From: an uncultured Candidatus Saccharibacteria bacterium
GTDB taxonomy: Bacteria > Patescibacteriota > Minisyncoccia > Phycocordibacterales > DATDWN01
Reading direction: 5' to 3'
NCBI GenBank assembly: GCA_964597675.1
Contig: CAZQYV010000004.1
Coordinates: 5,590-69,589 of the forward strand
Length of the DNA stretch: 64,000 nucleotides
In this document: positions 58,426 to 64,000 of the stretch, in pieces
Position numbering within the stretch: position 1 is the first letter of the stretch
Layout of the letters: every line of letters starts with the position of its first letter
Notes under the pieces: generated by a model
Seen by the model: the letters and a program-made list of their open reading frames with translations, nothing else
Told to the model about the DNA's origin: nothing
Database searches by the model: none
Program-made: the position numbers and the translations under genes

Positions 58426-60252
58426 TTATTCAAAGTCTCTCTTTTGTTTTTGAAAAGCTTCAGAATACCTCCCACCCAAACTCAAAAGTTCCTGATGTTT
58501 GCCTTTTTCAACGACTTTACCTTCATGCAATACAATTATTTCATCAGCTCGTTTTATTGTTGCAAAATTGTGCGAAATTAAAATTGCTGATGTGGTATCT
58601 GGTAAATTTTCTATTTCATTAAAAATAATTTCTGCAGAATCAGAATCAATCGAAGCAGTTGGCTCATCCAAAACAAGAAACCTTTTACCTTTATAGAATG
58701 CCCTAGCAATAGCCAACTTTTGTCTCTGCCCTTTTGATGGCTCTACCCCACCAAATTCAACACCGATCATGTGGTCATATTTACCAGTTAACTCTTCTAT
58801 AAATCCACTAGTTGTACTTTTGTCTGCTGAACCTTTAACATTCTCCATGTCTATTTCCGCAACATTTTGTCCAACAGCAATCGATTCTTTAGCTGAAAAA
58901 TTATACGTGGTAAAGTCTTGCAATAATACCCCAAGGTATTTCCACCATTCATTTATATCAACATCTCTTAAATCAATCCCGTTTACTGTAATTTTTCCTT
59001 CAACAGGATCATGAATACGAAGCAACAAGCGAACAAGAGTCGACTTACCGGCTGCATTGTTTCCAACCAAACCTATTTTCTGTCCAGGCATTATTTTAAA
59101 AGAAATATTTTCAAGAGCCCATTTTTCTTGTCCTGGATACCTGAAGGAAACATTGTCAAAAACAACAGTCGGGGCTAAATCAAGGTTTAATTTTTTTGGA
59201 TTTTTTGAATACTCAAGAACTGTTGTCTCATCGAGAACAGCCAGAATATCTGTGGCGTATAAATTCCTCTCAAGTAATCTTGCGGTATTAGAAAGCAGAC
59301 TTGATATCCACCCACTTACCCGATTTAATGCTTGAAACGCAAAAACCACTGTTCCAATAGCTATCATGCCAGCAATTGCCTCATTTATTATCACAGCGGT
59401 ACCAACAAACAAACCTATGGCCGCAAAAATACTTGCACTTACTTTTGCTATTGTTCTCCAATTTTCTGTTGATAGTTGTTCATTTCTAAATTTATCTAGA
59501 ATATCCTTAATATCCGTCAAAAATTTTCCACCAGCTTGATAGAGTCTGCTGTCGATAACTGAAACCTTGCTACTAAAAAATCTTCTTAAGTCCTGATATC
59601 TTCTCTGCTCAGGACTGTTTTTTGCCCATATTCCCCAAATTCTCCCACCATATTTTATTTCAATCCAAAAATCAGGAATTGAGGTTACAAAAACAAGAAT
59701 AAATACTCGCCAATCAATAAAAGCAGCGGCAATAGCACCAACTACTATTCCACAGAATATTTCTAAATTAGAAAACTGCATATCGACTACGTTTATGATT
59801 GGATAAATACCATTATTGAATGCCCTTTGAAGTCTGTCTTGAAACTTTGGGTCTTCATATTGGGCAATATCAAATGATCCTCGTTTTCTTAGCGCCATTA
59901 AATCAAACAAATCCTGCATTTTTAAATATAAATGACGGTCAAGAAACGATCGAACATTTCTTATCACCGTGGGAACAGCAGTTAAAACAGCAAACATAAT
60001 TAATGCTGGATAGGTTACGGTAATATCCTGCATTTTGACACCTTCGATAATTTTATCAATTAAAATACCAAGGGCCCTTGCAGAAAAAATAGGAACTACA
60101 CCAATAATGACAGTCAATAATATCATCGTGCCGGTAAGCCACGGCATTTCATTAATTAAAATTCTAAAAATTCTGATTGTATTTCTAGCCAGGTCCTTAA
60201 AATTTTCTATACTACTTTTTGCCTTTACCTCATCAGATTTAGTTGTCTCCAT
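58426..60252 (-). CDS. ABC exporter, fused permease/ATP-binding protein
   Basis: TM domain, Walker A GNNAAGKST, signature variant PSKGQRQK, LVLDEPTA. Confidence 0.9.
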   Translation of the reverse strand: METTKSDEVKAKSSIENFKDLARNTIRIFRILINEMPWLTGTMILLTVIIGVVPIFSARALGILIDKIIEGVKMQDITVTYPALIMFAVLTAVPTVIRNVRSFLDRHLYLKMQDLFDLMALRKRGSFDIAQYEDPKFQDRLQRAFNNGIYPIINVVDMQFSNLEIFCGIVVGAIAAAFIDWRVFILVFVTSIPDFWIEIKYGGRIWGIWAKNSPEQRRYQDLRRFFSSKVSVIDSRLYQAGGKFLTDIKDILDKFRNEQLSTENWRTIAKVSASIFAAIGLFVGTAVIINEAIAGMIAIGTVVFAFQALNRVSGWISSLLSNTARLLERNLYATDILAVLDETTVLEYSKNPKKLNLDLAPTVVFDNVSFRYPGQEKWALENISFKIMPGQKIGLVGNNAAGKSTLVRLLLRIHDPVEGKITVNGIDLRDVDINEWWKYLGVLLQDFTTYNFSAKESIAVGQNVAEIDMENVKGSADKSTTSGFIEELTGKYDHMIGVEFGGVEPSKGQRQKLAIARAFYKGKRFLVLDEPTASIDSDSAEIIFNEIENLPDTTSAILISHNFATIKRADEIIVLHEGKVVEKGKHQELLSLGGRYSEAFQKQKRDFE

Positions 60253-60338
60253 AGATTTTAATTATACCAGAGTTTATGCTTTAGTATATAGTACAAGTAT
60301 AAGCCCGTAGGATTAATATGTTATTAATCAACTAAGAG

Positions 60339-60407
60339 AGTCTTTTTGCATATTTACAAACTGTCTCATCGCCCCGAAATAATTGCCAATGTGAGGCCGG
60401 CCTGTTG
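60339..60407 (-). repeat. 69-bp duplicate of a trpS 5' segment (58297-58365)
   Basis: 66/69 identical by manual alignment. Confidence 0.9.
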
Positions 60408-60408
60408 T

Positions 60409-61026
60409 CTAAAAGCCAAGTGGTTCTTCGACGAGAATGACAGTGATTTTTCGTCCTATCATAGGATTTTCTTTATGTAGAATAAGTGTCTTAGCATATG
60501 TTGTGCCAAATCCATATACGCTTTTCAATCGCTCATCCTCGAGTGGTATAACATATTCCTCTACTCGATGTAGTGCACTAGTGGTATCTGGTGTGATCTT
60601 CTGAGCACCGACAACAAAGATCAGGTTTGGCGAGGTAAAAACAATGTGAGGCAACTGACTGCCTGTGTTTGAAACAATAACAAGCTCGCCCGTTTCTGTC
60701 AGAGCATGAGCACTACCCAGATAATAATCCGATAGAACAGATTGTCGTCTAAGTAACATCTGCTTTTCAGGATCTTTCTCATTTACAATATCGGCATGTA
60801 AATTCTTCCATCCGTGTGTGCCTGATTTTAGATAATCAATATAACCAATCTCTTCCAATGTTCTTGACGAGCCATTCATTACCGACACTCCGGTTGGTAT
60901 CATTTTTTTAATTTCTGCCAATGCATCTTCCTTTGTATGTACAACTATCGGGGTAAAATTATTCGCTTGTAATGCGTCTGTTACCTTTTTAATACTTTCA
61001 TTTGTTGCGATTTGTGAATAATCCAT
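60409..61026 (-). CDS. LUD domain (lactate utilization-like) protein
   Basis: 'GSSRTLEEIG', 'YYLGSAHALTETGELV..SNTGSQ', 'VVGAQKI', C-terminal 'LGF'. Confidence 0.8.
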   Translation of the reverse strand: MDYSQIATNESIKKVTDALQANNFTPIVVHTKEDALAEIKKMIPTGVSVMNGSSRTLEEIGYIDYLKSGTHGWKNLHADIVNEKDPEKQMLLRRQSVLSDYYLGSAHALTETGELVIVSNTGSQLPHIVFTSPNLIFVVGAQKITPDTTSALHRVEEYVIPLEDERLKSVYGFGTTYAKTLILHKENPMIGRKITVILVEEPLGF

Positions 61027-61128
61027 ATATGCCTGATTAAATGTATAATTATGTATAATGAGAGTGTACCAGTTTATACTTTACTTTGTAAAGTGGTCAA
61101 TTACAAAAAATTGTGGTACAGTAAGTAC

Positions 61129-61416
61129 ATGAAGGAAAAAGGCTCATGCCCTGTTACAAAAGCAGCACATTTGATGTCTGATACATGGACAATGCTTATT
61201 ATGCATGCACTTATAACACGGCCAAAACGATTTTGTGAGATCGAGCGATCCCTTGATGGTATTTCGACACGTACCCTTACCCTAAAACTTATTTCCCTAC
61301 AAGAAGACAATCTTATCGAAAAAACTGATGATGGCTATTATGCAGCAACAGAAAAGGGTCTAGGTCTCAGACACGTGGAAAATGCAATGCGACGCTACGC
61401 CTTGAAATATCTTTAA
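61129..61416 (+). CDS. HxlR-family transcriptional regulator
   Basis: CPV, W.MLI, PKRFCEI...GIS.RTLT..L..L; divergent from the LUD gene. Confidence 0.88.
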   Translation: MKEKGSCPVTKAAHLMSDTWTMLIMHALITRPKRFCEIERSLDGISTRTLTLKLISLQEDNLIEKTDDGYYAATEKGLGLRHVENAMRRYALKYL

Positions 61417-61424
61417 CGGGGATA

Positions 61425-62108
61425 CTATTTTTTCATATAGATAATCCAAAAATTTCTTTTATAAGGGCGACCGTCCATAATTGAATAATTTGTCTTTTTT
61501 TCCATATGAATAATTGAAAAGAATGGTGAATATGTTTCAACAAAATCTTGCTTACTCCACACACGTTCCATTATCCCTATCTTTGGCATTATGTATGTAT
61601 CTTTTTCAAGGCAAGCATTATGCTTCAGGAGATACTTTGCATTTTCATCGCCATCCTTACATAATGCCTTTACAAAAAAATAACCATCATCTCGTAATAC
61701 TCTATTTGTTTCAGATAAATATACTATTCTCTCATCTTCGCTCAGTGAATTTGAAGATGTAATATCGAGAGCGATATCAACTGATGCACTAACGCATGGG
61801 AATGATTCACCTATACTTTGTTTTTTGTATACAACATCAAATTTTGTCCCAACTAAATTGTTTCTAGCAATTCCACATGCAGTTTCAGATATCTCCAAAC
61901 CGACAACATGAGCACCGTGCTCTGCAAAATAATATGAATTCCTACCTGTTCCAGATCCAAGATCAAGCACAGAAAGGCCTTCTGGCACTATCCCCTTTTC
62001 CTTTTTAAGGAAATTAACAAAACGCACCACATCTTGTTGCGGTTTATTATCCCTTGTTAAAAATGTTGGATTGCGATATTCATTATCCCAAACTTTTTCT
62101 TGTGACAT
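61425..62108 (-). CDS. Class I SAM-dependent methyltransferase
   Basis: VLDLGSGTGRN, VVGLEIS. Confidence 0.88.
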   Translation of the reverse strand: MSQEKVWDNEYRNPTFLTRDNKPQQDVVRFVNFLKKEKGIVPEGLSVLDLGSGTGRNSYYFAEHGAHVVGLEISETACGIARNNLVGTKFDVVYKKQSIGESFPCVSASVDIALDITSSNSLSEDERIVYLSETNRVLRDDGYFFVKALCKDGDENAKYLLKHNACLEKDTYIMPKIGIMERVWSKQDFVETYSPFFSIIHMEKKTNYSIMDGRPYKRNFWIIYMKK

Positions 62109-62118
62109 ATATATTATA

Positions 62119-62242
62119 CAAAACTACGGCGCACGTGTACCTTTTGAGGAGACTTCGCAAGGCCGACGGGCAGAGACTTGATAAATTTTTCAGCAGAAAA
62201 ATATTCGTGCTCCTCAAAAGGTATGCGAAGCCAAGAGTTTTG
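62119..62242 (+). repeat. Long palindromic element, type B copy 2
   Basis: ACGGCG-stem-ACTTCGCAAGGCCGACGGG...TTTTT-CAGCAG-AAAAA...stem-AGCCAAG. Confidence 0.8.
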
Positions 62243-62252
62243 CTAGGTAGTC

Positions 62253-63890
62253 CTACTTATTTTCAGGTAACTCAATAAAGAAAGTCGACCCTTTACCCAC
62301 TCCGGCTGATTCAACCCACACCCTGCCTCCTTGGGCTTCTATCATCTGTTTTGCTACGTAGAGGCCGAGGCCTGTTCCAATAACATTTGTACGAAAGGCA
62401 TCTTTTGCTCGACTAAACTTGCCAAACAATTTAGGAATATCGTCTGGGGCAATGCCTATACCAGTGTCTTTGATTGTTATACGTATCTTACCGCTGTTAC
62501 ATCTTAATCCGACGACAATGCCTCCATGTGGTGTGTATTTAATTGAGTTATCAATTAGATTTCCAATAACTTGCTTTAACTTACCCATATCCGCATTTAC
62601 TATATAGTTTTCATCCTTCTCTATATCAAAATCAACCGAGAGACCCGCTTTATCAAGATTTGGTTTTAATTCAGTCACAATATCTGTCAGTAATTGTTGG
62701 ACATCAAATGTTGTTAAATCATATTTCATTCTCCCCTGTTCAATACGGGAGATATCCAAAAATTCATTTACAATAACAACAAGATTTTGTGTCGAATTAA
62801 ATATAACCTGTACAGCACCTTTTGTTTTTTCGGTTATTTTACCGTAGTCGCCATCCAAAATAAGTGACGCGTATCCTTTGATGGCAGTCAGTGGTCCCCG
62901 AATTTGATGTGTAGCAAGTGAAAGAAACTCTGATTTTAATTGATCGAGACTTTTCAATCGATCATTGGCTTTTTCTAGATCGCGATTAACAGTCTCAAGA
63001 TCGGTTGCAAGTTTTTGAATGTTTTCTCGTAGTTGAATCTCCTTTATAACACTCCTGATTAGGAAAATACCAGCAACAATCATAAACAGCAATAATGTAA
63101 TATTAATAAATCTGTCTGAATTATCAGTTGATGTAATGATACGCACAAGAAATGCTATCCATATAATAAAAACTAGTAATTCGGTAGCAATTACTTTCAC
63201 ATCAAACAACTGATACCTAAAGATTGCATAACCACTCACTGCAGGATACAGAGCAAATAAAATTAATGGATAAGGAAGTATTGGAATGTTGAATGTCAAA
63301 AAGAAAACACTTCCGCCTCCAGCGAAGCCAAATATAGTAAATAAAATAATATATTTATATCTTTGGATTTGTATTGGATTAGTTTCAGTCCTTAATTTTC
63401 TGAATACTATAGAAAGTGCATATAGAACAACCAAGAAAAAATAAATGGTGTAATAAATATAGAGTGGACCTGCATCACATACAAAATTGAAATGAGCTTT
63501 TGGTATTACATCTCGTACATACCATGCAGTTGGGACAAACATAAGAAAAACGAAACCAAAAAGTGCTGATACCAATATTTGTCTTTTATACCTTTGATAT
63601 GTATCAGTTATAAAAGCAATCGAAAGGAAATAACACACAGGAATATAAATAGATGCCATGTGTAAAATCCAATTACTCCACAAAGCAAGGTCGTGTGTTT
63701 TTGAATTAATCATCACAAAATATCCGAAACTCCAGATTGCTGATGTAAGATTGGACAGCAACCATGCAATATTTTCGGATTTCTTTCGATTATGTATAAA
63801 AACAACAAAACCAGATAGAAGCGCAGTAAAACCACCAAGAAGTAGAGTGATGCTAAAGTAATCAAGATTTATATTAAAACCACCTAGCAT
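62253..63890 (-). CDS. Sensor histidine kinase with multi-TM (HisKA_7TM-like) input domain
   Basis: H-box THQIRGPLT, N-box NLIDNSIKYT, DTGIGI, GTGLGL, GKGSTF. Confidence 0.93.
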   Translation of the reverse strand: MLGGFNINLDYFSITLLLGGFTALLSGFVVFIHNRKKSENIAWLLSNLTSAIWSFGYFVMINSKTHDLALWSNWILHMASIYIPVCYFLSIAFITDTYQRYKRQILVSALFGFVFLMFVPTAWYVRDVIPKAHFNFVCDAGPLYIYYTIYFFLVVLYALSIVFRKLRTETNPIQIQRYKYIILFTIFGFAGGGSVFFLTFNIPILPYPLILFALYPAVSGYAIFRYQLFDVKVIATELLVFIIWIAFLVRIITSTDNSDRFINITLLLFMIVAGIFLIRSVIKEIQLRENIQKLATDLETVNRDLEKANDRLKSLDQLKSEFLSLATHQIRGPLTAIKGYASLILDGDYGKITEKTKGAVQVIFNSTQNLVVIVNEFLDISRIEQGRMKYDLTTFDVQQLLTDIVTELKPNLDKAGLSVDFDIEKDENYIVNADMGKLKQVIGNLIDNSIKYTPHGGIVVGLRCNSGKIRITIKDTGIGIAPDDIPKLFGKFSRAKDAFRTNVIGTGLGLYVAKQMIEAQGGRVWVESAGVGKGSTFFIELPENK

Positions 63891-64000
63891 ATATAATCAT
63901 TATATAAGTAGTAATAGGAATTTCCAAGCATTGATGCCTCCTTGTCCTCCAGTAAATAATTTGCAAGATCCTTCACTGATGTGTAGCAAATATTTGTACC

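Noticed and set aside
63903-64000. 3' end of a minus-strand gene at the window edge
   Set aside because: Two short frames are open and there is too little sequence to assign one

Overview
AT-rich bacterial chromosome segment (standard code, TGA=stop). Gene content and style point to Patescibacteria/CPR (Parcubacteria-like): cohesin/Ig surface proteins, shortened AlaRS and AspRS, LeuRS with a Nudix insert, many apparently leaderless housekeeping genes. It holds the infA-rpmJ-rpsMKD-rpoA-rplQ-rplM-rpsI block, grpE-dnaK-dnaJ, a cell-wall cluster (murG-ftsW-mraY-asnB-DD-carboxypeptidase-scpBA), five aminoacyl-tRNA synthetases, mnmA and ychF. Main discovery: a ~5.3 kb decayed large-serine-recombinase (LSR) island (9401-14707) integrated in the first codons of ychF. 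The reconstructed 52-bp attP lies inside the 3' end of the recombinase gene, so integration and excision would swap the recombinase's C-terminal tail. The excised-state tail (SKxIPFxFxIKLPP) is conserved at a second att junction inside the island. Second discovery: six intergenic long palindromes whose stems differ but whose loop motifs are conserved. Also seen: three promoter-led candidate ncRNAs, an RAP-ending ORF upstream of dnaK, a 69-bp trpS duplication flanking an ABC exporter, and short repeats inserted in frame in core genes. No rRNA, tRNA or CRISPR array was recognised. Family calls come from motif recognition only; no searches were run.
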